64,000 bases of DNA, from IMG/VR virus record IMGVR_UViG_3300037466_001997, positions 64,001 to 128,000 of that record. One strand, given 5' to 3'. Below are positions 8,206 to 17,667 of this stretch, piece after piece (position 1 is the stretch's first letter; every line of letters begins with the position of its first letter). Position numbers and translations under genes: made by a program. The stretch comes from a virus (lineage: Duplodnaviria > Heunggongvirae > Uroviricota > Caudoviricetes). A model generated the notes under the pieces. The model did no database searches and was not told the DNA's origin. It saw only the letters and a program-made list of their open reading frames with translations.

Positions 8206-10152
8206 TTAAGCCTTCAAAAGGTCCACGATTTCACAATTTCCAGCCACACAGGACAATTCTTGGCTACCGCTGGTTTTATCTTCCGTTTCATATTTGGACA
8301 ATGTAGACCAGTCAACCTCTGTCGGCATCACAGCCAAGAGCTTTTCATATTCCTCTGCCGTGCATTCCTGATAAGGGGCTTGCTGGTATGAGTGATCCGA
8401 GTGAGGCAAGAACGAAACACCGCCAATGTCATCAAAGTTGGCATACACCCAAGCGCCAACGCTGAACCACTCGTCTTCCTTGACCGTGATGGTAATCGAG
8501 GGGTTGTGTTCCGTCCAATAGGTTCGATAAATTTTCCAAATTTCTAGATGTGTAATGGCCGATATGGAATCACGGAAAACCGCCCCTTCCGGGGATTTGA
8601 TCGGGAATGAAAAGACATAATTATGATTTGGGTTCATCACATCATCTTCCACTGGGAACCCCATGTCAACCATCATTTGTGCCAGTGGGTCTTTTTTATC
8701 CGCACGAACTGTTCTGATATAATATGGGCTATGTCTGGTATGAATACCGGATGCAGCATCAGTCAATTGTGAGATTGTGCCAGACGGCTTGACGGTTGTG
8801 ATAGCGGCTGATGGCGGAATGCCCAGAGCGGCGGCAATTTCCTTGTTGACATCAACAGTTTCTTGACGAAGGATTTGGAGCCATGATATCAACTCAACCT
8901 TGCTTTTCGAACCGTTCATGACTTCATGGTCCATGATGCCGGTCAAGGAAACGCCTAGCAGACGTTCTTCATCACAGTTCTGTTTCCATTTCTTGTTGAT
9001 GTATTTGAAATCTGTAAGGGTGGATTGGAACGTACCCAGAATGGTCGCCAAACGCACCTTGCGTTTCAAACTTTCCAGTGTGTCGGTTGGACGAACCACA
9101 ACTTCCGATAGGTTGCAGAATTCGTATGGACGAAGGATAATTTCGCCACAAGGGTTGACACCCCAGTCCTTATCGGGTTCTCGACGGCCATATTTGGCGA
9201 CTTGCTTGTTAGCCGAAACACGATTGAAAACGCCACGTTCACCAGATTTCGAACGGTATAGAGACAGCCATTCTTCCATGAAAATGCCAATTTCTGGCTT
9301 TTCGGTATAAGCGGCTGAATTGTTGGCAATCGAACGCTGTGGATTGATTTCCCACCATTGACCAGACTTCGCATTGCGCATACGATCATCTGAAAGGTTC
9401 GAAAGGGAAATCAATGCCGAGCGGCGGACACCACCCACGACAACGATTTGGGCAATCTTGCAAACCAAATCATGGGCTTCGACTGATGTCAGCTTTCGTC
9501 CGGCTGCGTTTCGGAACAAGCGAACCGCAAAGCGGAAAAGGTCTTCCAAAGGGGCGGGACCAGAAGAACGGCCCCCGAAAGTCTTAAGGCGGGCACCGGC
9601 TGGACGAAGCTTGGATGTATCCCATTTCGGAATCTGTCCACCATAGAGAAGATGGATAAGTTCCTTTAGAGCCTTGGCCCAACCAAGCTTGGAATCGGCA
9701 ACCACAATGGTTGTATCGGTTGGAAAAAATTCATCTGCAATTTCTGGAAGCTTGGAAACGAACTGGCGTTCAACAGAGAAGCCGACGCCAGTACCATTCA
9801 TGAGAATGTAGAGAATTTCGTCAAACGCCGTAGTGCGGTCGATTGGCAGGAAGGAACAGTTATAACCGGCGATGTTGTCACGCTCTAGGGCGGGACCAGC
9901 GGTCATAAGCGCTCGCATGGAAGGCATGACTTCCAAATTCAGGATGGCTTCTTCGATTTCTGATCTTAGTTCGTCAGTCAAAGAATAATTATGGTTCTTG
10001 GCAAGATGCCCAGAAAAGAAATTAAAATATCGAGCAACAGTTTCTGGCCATTCTTCACGTCTATTTTCTTCTTCTATCCATTTTGAGTAGCGGCTCTTGA
10101 AAATGAATTGTTGATAAACGTCCATTCCATAATTGTTCTTCTTACTAAGCAT
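8206..10152 (-). CDS. nrdJ: Class II (adenosylcobalamin-dependent) ribonucleotide reductase, monomeric RTPR type
   Basis: YNCSF, GVRRSALISL, NPCGEI, TTVKPSGT, C-terminal C..C; no intein or intron evident. Confidence 0.95.
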   Translation of the reverse strand: MLSKKNNYGMDVYQQFIFKSRYSKWIEEENRREEWPETVARYFNFFSGHLAKNHNYSLTDELRSEIEEAILNLEVMPSMRALMTAGPALERDNIAGYNCSFLPIDRTTAFDEILYILMNGTGVGFSVERQFVSKLPEIADEFFPTDTTIVVADSKLGWAKALKELIHLLYGGQIPKWDTSKLRPAGARLKTFGGRSSGPAPLEDLFRFAVRLFRNAAGRKLTSVEAHDLVCKIAQIVVVGGVRRSALISLSNLSDDRMRNAKSGQWWEINPQRSIANNSAAYTEKPEIGIFMEEWLSLYRSKSGERGVFNRVSANKQVAKYGRREPDKDWGVNPCGEIILRPYEFCNLSEVVVRPTDTLESLKRKVRLATILGTFQSTLTDFKYINKKWKQNCDEERLLGVSLTGIMDHEVMNGSKSKVELISWLQILRQETVDVNKEIAAALGIPPSAAITTVKPSGTISQLTDAASGIHTRHSPYYIRTVRADKKDPLAQMMVDMGFPVEDDVMNPNHNYVFSFPIKSPEGAVFRDSISAITHLEIWKIYRTYWTEHNPSITITVKEDEWFSVGAWVYANFDDIGGVSFLPHSDHSYQQAPYQECTAEEYEKLLAVMPTEVDWSTLSKYETEDKTSGSQELSCVAGNCEIVDLLKA

Positions 10153-10239
10153 AGTAGTCCTTCTTCTTATTATTAATATAGGGAGTCTATGTATCCAGAT
10201 GGTTGCTGGATACAGTAGAACTAAATTCTAATGTTGATG

Positions 10240-11142
10240 TTATAGAGAAATATTTTCCCACGAATCTGGGATGTAATTGTTGTCAATGAACTTTCTATGC
10301 TGTTTCCAGCCAAAAAAGTTTCCGTGTTTTTCGGGGAATTCCCAATCCTTGCGGCCAAAGTGTGGATTTCCGGCCTTTACCACCATAATATCAGGGGTTG
10401 CCTGATGTTCGGTGGGTGAAGCATGGATTGGAGTAGAGCCTACCAGATTGAAATATCTTTCTATTTCTTTCTCTGGTGACGCATTACCGTCAAAAGGTGC
10501 ATAGCTCACACGGGCACAACGGGCGGTAGAAAGTTTCAATGCGTCCCTATAATCGCCTGTCTGTGAGACAGTGAATTTTTCTTCGAACGTGCAATATGGC
10601 AGATGCCATTGACCCTGTTTCAGGGGAGTCGGTTTGGAGGCGGCACGGGCGGCAATGATCGCCTTGGCCAGAACCTCAATTTCAGGCTGTGCGTCCGGAT
10701 GATCACGCAAAGCCTCGAAATTTGCCCAATGCGTCGATGATACGAGCGAATCCACATACATGAAGGGCTCTAGAACACGTCCAGCCCATTGCTTATGCAG
10801 ACCGGTAGCGAACAGAGCTTCGGCATAATCGGCGGCTGATGCAGCGGCTTGACGCCAGAGCGCTTCCGCCTTCACGGCGTCTTCTGGTGACATGGGTTCG
10901 GTAGCCTGCATTCCCGGCTTGTTTTTTAGCCATTTAACGGGAATGAAAGGCTTGGTGCGAACTTCGTCAATTAGTTTGAGAGTAGGGACGGCCCGAGTAG
11001 AGCGGGCATTTTTGGAAATTTGTCTGTGGGTATTAAGTTCGGCCAGAATAAATCTGGGAAATCTAAGTTGTAATGTTGTAAGTCTGATACCAAGTTCTGA
11101 TATACTATCTTCGATAACTTGTGCTGAAATTTCCGTTAGCAT
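10240..11142 (-). CDS. thyX: Flavin-dependent thymidylate synthase (ThyX/Thy1)
   Basis: THRQISKNARSTR matches the ThyX RHRxxSxxxxSxR motif; ARCARVSY, HASPTEHQA. Confidence 0.85.
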   Translation of the reverse strand: MLTEISAQVIEDSISELGIRLTTLQLRFPRFILAELNTHRQISKNARSTRAVPTLKLIDEVRTKPFIPVKWLKNKPGMQATEPMSPEDAVKAEALWRQAAASAADYAEALFATGLHKQWAGRVLEPFMYVDSLVSSTHWANFEALRDHPDAQPEIEVLAKAIIAARAASKPTPLKQGQWHLPYCTFEEKFTVSQTGDYRDALKLSTARCARVSYAPFDGNASPEKEIERYFNLVGSTPIHASPTEHQATPDIMVVKAGNPHFGRKDWEFPEKHGNFFGWKQHRKFIDNNYIPDSWENISL

Positions 11143-12169
11143 TAATTTCTAATTTTTTCCAATCTGTAAGTTTTAATTTCAAAATCATACCTGAATACAC
11201 ATTATCATCAATAAATTTTTTCACTTTATCAGCCGGAATGATATTATCAATAACATTCTGATTGATGTCTTTTCTCAAATCTTTACGAGACGGCCAAACA
11301 AGCATCGGAAAACCAGCGGCAACAGTTTTGTCTATGCGCTGGATAACTTCCTTGTTGCGTGGCTGATTGTCTACAACGACAATCATTCGTTCTTTCGGCA
11401 CCATGGTTTCAATCTTCGAAAAGTCGATACCAGATGCAGCAACGGAATTTTCCACAAACATGCTGTCGAAAGCGCCTTCAAAGGCATAGACCGGTTTGGA
11501 TAGGTCTATTCGTTCGATGTTGAAAATCAGCGGTTCATCGTCTGATTTTCGCAGCATGACATAACGAAGGTTGGATGGTTTGTACGCTCTGGCGGCAACG
11601 CCTACCAATTCCTTCTGCCGATTGTAGATCGGGATGATGATACGGGGTTCACGGGCGAACTTGGTATCATCATATTTACCGGGAAACAGGGTAGCTATCT
11701 CATTCAAATTGTCCGAGAAATACAGCCTGTCAAACCAGACGGCTGGTAGCTTTCTCGCTTTGAGGTAGCGATACGCCTCATGACTTTCGTCCAGAGTCGA
11801 TATCTTCTGTGCCAGTTTTTCGATGGAATTGGTTTGTAGAGTGAAATACATTTCACCGGCTTTTTTGTCCGGCGTCACTTCTTTCTCGACAAACGAATCG
11901 CTATCACGGAATTTTTCAAAACGATATTCACGGTAGAGATTCGGGTTGACATGTTCCAATAGTTTCGAGAAATACATGCTAGCGCCACAGTTATGGCACA
12001 TAAAGCGGTAGTTCCGAGCTTTCAGGAATATGTAACCACGGGCTTTCCTCTTATTTGTAGCTGAATCGCCACAAATTGGACAGGAAAACTCCCATACATT
12101 ATTAGACTTTTTCTTGAAGTTTCGAACGGAAGACGATAAGAGAGAAATATACTTTTGATCAATCCACAT
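11105..12169 (-). CDS. gp61: DNA primase (T4 gp61-like)
   Basis: CPICGDS...CHNCG zinc finger, FEGAFDSMF TOPRIM, DNQPRN. Confidence 0.95.
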   Translation of the reverse strand: MWIDQKYISLLSSSVRNFKKKSNNVWEFSCPICGDSATNKRKARGYIFLKARNYRFMCHNCGASMYFSKLLEHVNPNLYREYRFEKFRDSDSFVEKEVTPDKKAGEMYFTLQTNSIEKLAQKISTLDESHEAYRYLKARKLPAVWFDRLYFSDNLNEIATLFPGKYDDTKFAREPRIIIPIYNRQKELVGVAARAYKPSNLRYVMLRKSDDEPLIFNIERIDLSKPVYAFEGAFDSMFVENSVAASGIDFSKIETMVPKERMIVVVDNQPRNKEVIQRIDKTVAAGFPMLVWPSRKDLRKDINQNVIDNIIPADKVKKFIDDNVYSGMILKLKLTDWKKLEINANGNFSTSYRR

Positions 12170-12176
12170 TCGAAAG

Positions 12177-12205
12177 ATAGTAGCACCAGAACCCTGTTAT
12201 GTCAA
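12177..12205 (-). promoter_or_regulatory. Sigma70-type promoter for primase operon
   Basis: TTGACA-N17-TACTAT. Confidence 0.75.
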
Positions 12206-12212
12206 CAGAATT

Positions 12213-12288
12213 TGGTGGAGCCTGTCGGACTCGAACCGACCACCCTCTGCTTGCAAAGCAGATGCTCTCCCAGATGAGCTAAGGCCCC
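12213..12288 (-). tRNA. tRNA-Ala(UGC)
   Basis: 76-nt cloverleaf GGGGCCT...GGCTCCACCA, G3.U70, anticodon TGC. Confidence 0.95.
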
Positions 12289-12306
12289 ATTTCGTTATGG
12301 ATAACC

Positions 12307-12314
12307 TATTTATA
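12307..12314 (-). promoter_or_regulatory. T4-type late promoter upstream of tRNA-Ala
   Basis: TATAAATA. Confidence 0.65.
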
Positions 12315-12322
12315 CCTCGATG

Positions 12323-12448
12323 TCAATCGTTCTGAACCACAATCACAAAAAATTTGTGTTCCATATGTTTGTAGGCCGTGAAGAAGCATCCCCCAACAAT
12401 CAAGCCAACAATCAGAACCGCTACTGGTTTTCTAATGATGGCTTTCAT
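12323..12448 (-). CDS. Small single-TM protein, 41 aa (not in ORF track)
   Basis: Hand translation MKAIIRKPVAVLIVGLIVGGCFFTAYK... Confidence 0.55.
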   Translation of the reverse strand: MKAIIRKPVAVLIVGLIVGGCFFTAYKHMEHKFFVIVVQND

Positions 12449-12449
12449 A

Positions 12450-12680
12450 CTATTTTAAAACGCCCGCAATGAATAGCTTGATGGAATCCCAAAACGTGAA
12501 CAATGTTATAAATCCACCGATGGCAACCAGAATAACATTTCTGAAATATCTTCCGAGCCATCCAAGAGCTTCTTGCTTGCGGATCATTTCACGCATAATC
12601 TCATAATCTTTTCTAGGCAATTTTACGTCAATAATTTCATCTTCTTTGCTTGAATCTCTTAACTGAAAATCATCCGACAT
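12450..12680 (-). CDS. Membrane protein in lysis block (C-terminal TM)
   Basis: Hydrophobic ILVAIGGFITLFTFW segment. Confidence 0.55.
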   Translation of the reverse strand: MSDDFQLRDSSKEDEIIDVKLPRKDYEIMREMIRKQEALGWLGRYFRNVILVAIGGFITLFTFWDSIKLFIAGVLK

Positions 12681-12690
12681 TTGGAGTCCC

Positions 12691-12999
12691 TTATTTCTTT
12701 TTTATGTTGGGTGGCGTTAGTGCCTCAATTTGAGCATCACGGTATTTTATAGCGTCACCAAGGTATCCATGTCTTTTAGCGCAAATGATGAGATTTTTGC
12801 GATCTATCCCCCAATAATGTTCGACTTCTTGTTGTGTCAACATTCTGTCCGGCAGTTGAACCGGTAGATCACATTTCTTCAAAAGGCTTGAATCAATCTT
12901 CCGCAATTGAATTGGTGCGGGCGGCATAACACTGACCTTGCTAGTGGTCTGACATCCTGTCAATACAAGTGCCATAATAATTGCGGCTAGTAGTCTCAT
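12691..12999 (-). CDS. o-spanin-like outer-membrane lipoprotein
   Basis: Lipobox LTGC, Pro-rich linker, periplasmic Cys residues; follows i-spanin-like gene. Confidence 0.75.
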   Translation of the reverse strand: MRLLAAIIMALVLTGCQTTSKVSVMPPAPIQLRKIDSSLLKKCDLPVQLPDRMLTQQEVEHYWGIDRKNLIICAKRHGYLGDAIKYRDAQIEALTPPNIKKK

Positions 13000-13011
13000 T
13001 TGGTTGCCCCT

Positions 13012-13368
13012 TTATTGGATTGAATTTAGGCGACCAACCGAGTCCTTTCCAATGCCATTTGTGTTAGCATTCGGGTCTTTGTGTGCCAATTCTTCATTGA
13101 TCTGTAGTTGCTTTTGCAAATCGGATTCGGCTTTATCAAGCTGATCAGAAAGCTGTGATTGGTTCTGTTCTGCTCGACGTGCTGCCTCTGATAGAGCATT
13201 CAATTGGTCCGCATATTGCTTCTGAATATCAGCCTCAATCTGAACGATCTTGACATTAGATACGGCAATACCGTGGTCATAGCCAATCGCATAACATTTC
13301 CAGACAATCAGTCCGAAAATTACAGCGCCTGCGACGGCAACCCATAGATTTGAAAATCCAAACATCAC
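13012..13368 (-). CDS. i-spanin-like inner-membrane protein
   Basis: N-terminal TM followed by long coiled coil. Confidence 0.7.
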   Translation of the reverse strand: MMFGFSNLWVAVAGAVIFGLIVWKCYAIGYDHGIAVSNVKIVQIEADIQKQYADQLNALSEAARRAEQNQSQLSDQLDKAESDLQKQLQINEELAHKDPNANTNGIGKDSVGRLNSIQ

Positions 13369-13724
13369 TCTGTCCCGCTACTTCCGCCACCAGAACTGTC
13401 GCCAGAATTGCTCTGGTCTGTCTGGGTATCCGACTGATTATCACCCGTATTTATAAATTCACCAGAGCTACCGCCAGTTGCATCCAACTGTGCTTGGTGC
13501 ATGGAAGCGATGGTATTCATGTAGTTTTTATCATCCCAGACAGCACCAAATACGTATTGCCCAAGCAATGCTACGCCTGCGGCAATAAGCGCAATGACTG
13601 ATTGCTGATAGATGACAGCATCATTTCCTTTGAAAATGATATAGAAAACAAGTACCAGAATAGAAAGAAGACCAAGATCAAGTCTCAGTCTTCTTCTTTT
13701 CCATTCAGATTGCTTTAACGTTAT
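13365..13724 (-). CDS. Putative holin (2 TM); start ATA at 13724 proposed, alternative ATG at 13817
   Basis: WKRRR then two TM segments ending YVFGAVWDD; adjacent to spanins. Confidence 0.6.
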   Translation of the reverse strand: MTLKQSEWKRRRLRLDLGLLSILVLVFYIIFKGNDAVIYQQSVIALIAAGVALLGQYVFGAVWDDKNYMNTIASMHQAQLDATGGSSGEFINTGDNQSDTQTDQSNSGDSSGGGSSGTE

Positions 13725-14125
13725 CGAACGGCGAGAGTAGGGTCTGGACTGTGAAAGTTTTTCTTTCGCATTATTGTTTTGGCCACTATTTCCATCATTC
13801 TTTTTACTGGATTCCATTTGAATACTACCGGTGTGTTGATGTCGGTTTGCATGTCTTTTAGAACAGCTTCCGACGAAGGTTTCATGAACTTGATTTTTCC
13901 GCCAAATTTTTGGTAAACTAGCTTGAACAAACGAGACAATTCTTGAAGTGTGATATGCGGTCTATTTCGCATGTCGTTCACTCTTTCCATGAAATGTTTG
14001 GTGAAGGAAACATCGACGCCAATTGTATTGAAAAGAGCATCAAGATATTTCTCGATATGTTTCATTGCTTCCCAAGAAATCTGGGTTTCTTGTTGTTCTG
14101 TTAAATATTGCTTAAAGCCCTGCAT
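13721..14125 (-). CDS. Conserved T4-like hypothetical protein with capsid-targeting-like N-terminus
   Basis: MQGFKQYLTE; HFMERVND and AKTIMRKK motifs. Confidence 0.7.
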   Translation of the reverse strand: MQGFKQYLTEQQETQISWEAMKHIEKYLDALFNTIGVDVSFTKHFMERVNDMRNRPHITLQELSRLFKLVYQKFGGKIKFMKPSSEAVLKDMQTDINTPVVFKWNPVKRMMEIVAKTIMRKKNFHSPDPTLAVR

Positions 14126-14512
14126 CTAGTAACCTCTCCTTTTTTCGCCCTTTTCGTTGGTCCAATGAATAGTTCCGACTGGCTTTGGCCTATCCTTATA
14201 TGCATCATGCCATTCTGGACGCATTCTGGCCTTACCACCACGGCGCACAACTTCTGCTTCCAATGCATCACGACGCTTTCGTGTTTCGTCGGTATGATGT
14301 TTTTCCGAAATGTTGTTGTGCTTTTCATATTCCGATACCAGAAAGTCACGGGCATAGTTGCGAGGATGATCTTTCGGATTGCGGGAGGTAAATCCGGTCT
14401 TTGGAGCGGGAGCCGGATTCGACGCTGGTTTAGCGGCTGTCTGTGGTTGTGGCTGTGGAGCCTTCTTTTTGAAGAAGCCCCATTCTAGCAAATATTCTTT
14501 GAACGATTCCAT
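14126..14512 (-). CDS. Putative head-internal protein
   Basis: MESFKEYLLE N-terminus, basic low-complexity body. Confidence 0.55.
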   Translation of the reverse strand: MESFKEYLLEWGFFKKKAPQPQPQTAAKPASNPAPAPKTGFTSRNPKDHPRNYARDFLVSEYEKHNNISEKHHTDETRKRRDALEAEVVRRGGKARMRPEWHDAYKDRPKPVGTIHWTNEKGEKRRGY

Positions 14513-15012
14513 TAGATGACCCTCTTTGTCATAATCGACATCGACATTCTTCGACGCAACAATTTCTTCTTTACCTTTTCTGGGTTGCCGGGTGGATTGT
14601 CGTCCAGACCGGCCATAGCCGAAGCATCACCAACTGAATTCGTGGGAGCATCTTCCATCAACATGGTTTGCGCTTCCTCGAAATATGTCTGCATCTTCCA
14701 CCACAGTATGTCTTCATCGTCTGGGTCTAGGTTCTCGCCTTCACGCAAGAGCATGATAGCGGCGGCGTATGAGGCGATTGTGGATTTACCGCCCGGCACC
14801 TTTCCTAGCAATTTCTTAAGGTTAAGCAGAAGCAAATCATACATTTTGAATGATCTATTCTGCACAGTTGTTCTCTGTTTTTTTGGTGTTATGATGTTAC
14901 CTTGACCATCAATAACGCCAGTCTTATAGGCATTCCACTTATTGAACGGCGTCACCAGTCTCTTGATAAAAGAGTACAATAATACAGAATCGAAAACGCC
15001 AAGTGCTGCCAT
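14512..15012 (-). CDS. Conserved T4-like virion-associated hypothetical protein
   Basis: FIKRLVTPF...AYKTGVIDGQG, LKKLL, AAAIMLLRE, EDAPTNSVG. Confidence 0.7.
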   Translation of the reverse strand: MAALGVFDSVLLYSFIKRLVTPFNKWNAYKTGVIDGQGNIITPKKQRTTVQNRSFKMYDLLLLNLKKLLGKVPGGKSTIASYAAAIMLLREGENLDPDDEDILWWKMQTYFEEAQTMLMEDAPTNSVGDASAMAGLDDNPPGNPEKVKKKLLRRRMSMSIMTKRVI

Positions 15013-15411
15013 TTATTTCAATCTTTCTTCGTCCAGTGTTCTTAGAGCCTTGACCACACCATGATCGATAATGATACCTTTTGTCTCAATATTGGTCCCA
15101 TCATCCATATGTACTATTTCGGGCAGATACCCAAGATACATTAGGAATGGAACCAAACAATCATGGTAACCGTCTAGTTTGAAAAACAACATCTTTGTAC
15201 AAGCCTTGACTTGAAAAACGTTGTATAAGACTACCAGATGATTAATGATCAATCGTTCTCTAAGAGAATTCTTGTTCTTGAAACCATAGAATAGTTTCTT
15301 CAAATATTTAATTCTATTCAAATCTTCCATGAATTCTTCTGGTGACAGACAATTCGGATTATCATAGTATTTCGCAGCATACAGAGTAAAGTTGGCTTCG
15401 TTCAGTATCAT
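15013..15411 (-). CDS. Conserved T4-like hypothetical protein
   Basis: LNEANF...YDNP..EEF.EDL.RIKY...RLIINH. Confidence 0.75.
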   Translation of the reverse strand: MILNEANFTLYAAKYYDNPNCLSPEEFMEDLNRIKYLKKLFYGFKNKNSLRERLIINHLVVLYNVFQVKACTKMLFFKLDGYHDCLVPFLMYLGYLPEIVHMDDGTNIETKGIIIDHGVVKALRTLDEERLK

Positions 15412-15419
15412 TTCTTACC

Positions 15420-16139
15420 TTATTGATTACGCTTGTTGCCGATAGCGTCACCATATGCTGTAAGAAGCTTCAAAAGTTTATTCAATGGCATATCTATTAC
15501 CAAGGTTGACATTCTAATATTCGGGTTTACCAGCAATGCGAACAACCATCTGTGGTGACCGTCGATGATGAAATTATCTGCCGATGAAATCATGAACGAA
15601 TTGGCGACCATTCTTTCGAATTCATCGGTGTGCATTCGCAGACCGAATGTGATTGCCTTGTCAAGATAAATCTGTTGCTGAATGGGTTTCAGACTCCCGG
15701 CTGGCTTCAAGTCAGCATGGAACTTCACCACATCATCAGATATCTTTCCGTCACGAAATCCATTGGTCAAAAATTTCTGTGCTTGCGCTCCGGACAGACC
15801 TTCTGGAAACGGATTGTGTTCGTCCGTCCCCTTAGCAAAAGGTGCCCTGATGTCCAAGGCACCTCTAGCAAGCCTGCGCTGCAAACCAAAAGCGTCTGAT
15901 CGGCGTATGACAGGCATATCTTTTCTCTTGGTCTTACCCAAAGAAGCCATGCGCTGTGCAAACAGATAATTTTGATCGAAATTCGGCATCACCCTATGGG
16001 GTGCTACAGTATGGTTGTTCAGATAAACATCTGCCACCAACTGCTTTGCGACCGGCAACGGGGTGCTGACGATTTCATAAGCGCCAGCCTCGGCACCGCC
16101 ACCTACCTTTTCAATCAGAAATTTCTTGAAACCAGACAA
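15420..16139 (-). CDS. ParB/Srx-like domain protein with capsid-targeting-like N-terminus
   Basis: LKPIQQQIY...FIIDGHHRW; MSGFKKFLIE. Confidence 0.65.
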   Translation of the reverse strand: MSGFKKFLIEKVGGGAEAGAYEIVSTPLPVAKQLVADVYLNNHTVAPHRVMPNFDQNYLFAQRMASLGKTKRKDMPVIRRSDAFGLQRRLARGALDIRAPFAKGTDEHNPFPEGLSGAQAQKFLTNGFRDGKISDDVVKFHADLKPAGSLKPIQQQIYLDKAITFGLRMHTDEFERMVANSFMISSADNFIIDGHHRWLFALLVNPNIRMSTLVIDMPLNKLLKLLTAYGDAIGNKRNQ

Positions 16140-16151
16140 TTTCTACCTTTC

Positions 16152-16556
16152 TTAGAACGTCGAAAGTGACACTCGTTTGATGACTGTATTCGACGTTTTT
16201 ATGTATAAGTAGTTGTCATCATAAAAGAATTTTCCCGCAGAAATAGATGAAACCGACGAGTTAGCCGGTGTCAATTTTGTAGAAATCACGATACCATTTG
16301 ACGCTACCGTGGTTTGACCAAGCGTTGTCGGGCCAGTTACAGCCATCTTGGCAACTGTTGTGTTGGAAAGAGTTGTTTGACCCTGAACGTTGAAATTTGC
16401 GATAATGTTTGTATTCGATGGAACATGACCGAAAAGAGTATCCAATGATATCTGCTTGCCGGTCGGTGTTCCCAGAGTATCGACAATCACATATAGGACG
16501 TTAAGTCCTACTGGTGTTGTCGCTGATTCCATTTCTGTGACTTTACGTGATGGCAT
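16152..16556 (-). CDS. Virion structural protein (fiber-like)
   Basis: T/S/N-rich beta sequence, C-terminal YDDNYLYI...KRVSLSTF. Confidence 0.55.
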   Translation of the reverse strand: MPSRKVTEMESATTPVGLNVLYVIVDTLGTPTGKQISLDTLFGHVPSNTNIIANFNVQGQTTLSNTTVAKMAVTGPTTLGQTTVASNGIVISTKLTPANSSVSSISAGKFFYDDNYLYIKTSNTVIKRVSLSTF

Positions 16557-17654
16557 TTAGCAATCCTTTTTCTTCATCATAGCTTTCGCCAAAGCCAAAC
16601 CTCTTTCACGCTTTCCAATAGTCTTTGTAGCCTTTGATCTTGCCTTATCGTCGTCAAGGTAATCAGCGCCGCCACGATCAATGTGAGCGTTAGCTTTTGA
16701 ACGCCAAGCTCTGTCACCATACTTTGTCAATGTATCGGCTGAAAGTTCGTCAAGCTGTTCAACGTCTTCTTTTAATTTCTGGTCTTTTCTGTCCAAAGCT
16801 TTTTCGGCTCTATCCATACCAATATTTCTATTGTTAAGCTTACGTTGTAGCTTTGGGCCATGTTTATAAGGTTCTGGCCAATGACGATCACCTTCTTTTT
16901 CAGCTTCAATTTTTTGGGGCAATACACTAGCATCTTTTTGTGCTTTTCTGATGTAACGACCAAGTGTCGAAGCTTTTAGTTCGTCAAGCTGTTCTACTTC
17001 TTCCTTGTGGAGAATCTTCTGTAGAACGGCACCAGCCACACGCTTTCCAGCGGCTTTGGAACCATATTCCTTGGCAGCTTTCGCAGCGACTTTCTTGAAG
17101 TTCAGTCCGGGCTTACCGATGTCTTCACCCTTTTTGAATTCGTTAAGCTGTTCCGCTTCAACTAACTTTTTTTTTGAAAGTTGTTCCTCCAAACGTGCTA
17201 CCTTTTCTTCCAAGGTTTCACGCTTTGCAGGCTTGTATCGAGTGCGATTCTGTGCTGTCAGTGACGATGTGATTTCCGAAATATTTTCGGCCAACACTTC
17301 TGCCTTGATTGGCTTCTTGTTGGGATCGATAGACGGGTTCAGGCCCGCTACGGATTCCTTCATGGATTCCAATGTGATCTTTTTCTTTTCAGGCGCTGGT
17401 GCAGCAACTGGCTTTGGAGCCGGTTTGTTTTCTTCCCAGAGTTTCTGTGCCCATGGTTGACGCTTCGGCTTCAAAGCGTCCGCCACAAGATTGATATCCT
17501 TTGAAGTCGGCTTCGCTTGGCTTTCTTCAAAACGAGACTGTTCTTCAACAATGTTGATTGGTGTTGAAGGTGCAGGCTGTGCCTTCTGTTCACGCTTTTC
17601 CAGAAGCCCCTTTTTTAGGGCTTCCGCCAGCTTATCCTTACTTCTGTAGTTCAT
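16557..17654 (-). CDS. Prohead-core/internal-type protein with EEVEQLDEL repeats
   Basis: K/E-rich; two KE(E/D)VEQLDEL units; start refined to MNYRSK. Confidence 0.6.
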   Translation of the reverse strand: MNYRSKDKLAEALKKGLLEKREQKAQPAPSTPINIVEEQSRFEESQAKPTSKDINLVADALKPKRQPWAQKLWEENKPAPKPVAAPAPEKKKITLESMKESVAGLNPSIDPNKKPIKAEVLAENISEITSSLTAQNRTRYKPAKRETLEEKVARLEEQLSKKKLVEAEQLNEFKKGEDIGKPGLNFKKVAAKAAKEYGSKAAGKRVAGAVLQKILHKEEVEQLDELKASTLGRYIRKAQKDASVLPQKIEAEKEGDRHWPEPYKHGPKLQRKLNNRNIGMDRAEKALDRKDQKLKEDVEQLDELSADTLTKYGDRAWRSKANAHIDRGGADYLDDDKARSKATKTIGKRERGLALAKAMMKKKDC

Positions 17655-17667
17655 TGTGTTTCCCTTC

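Noticed and set aside
13448-13455. TATAAATA inside the holin gene
   Set aside because: It could serve the spanins but is unsupported, and 8-mers of this AT content occur by chance.
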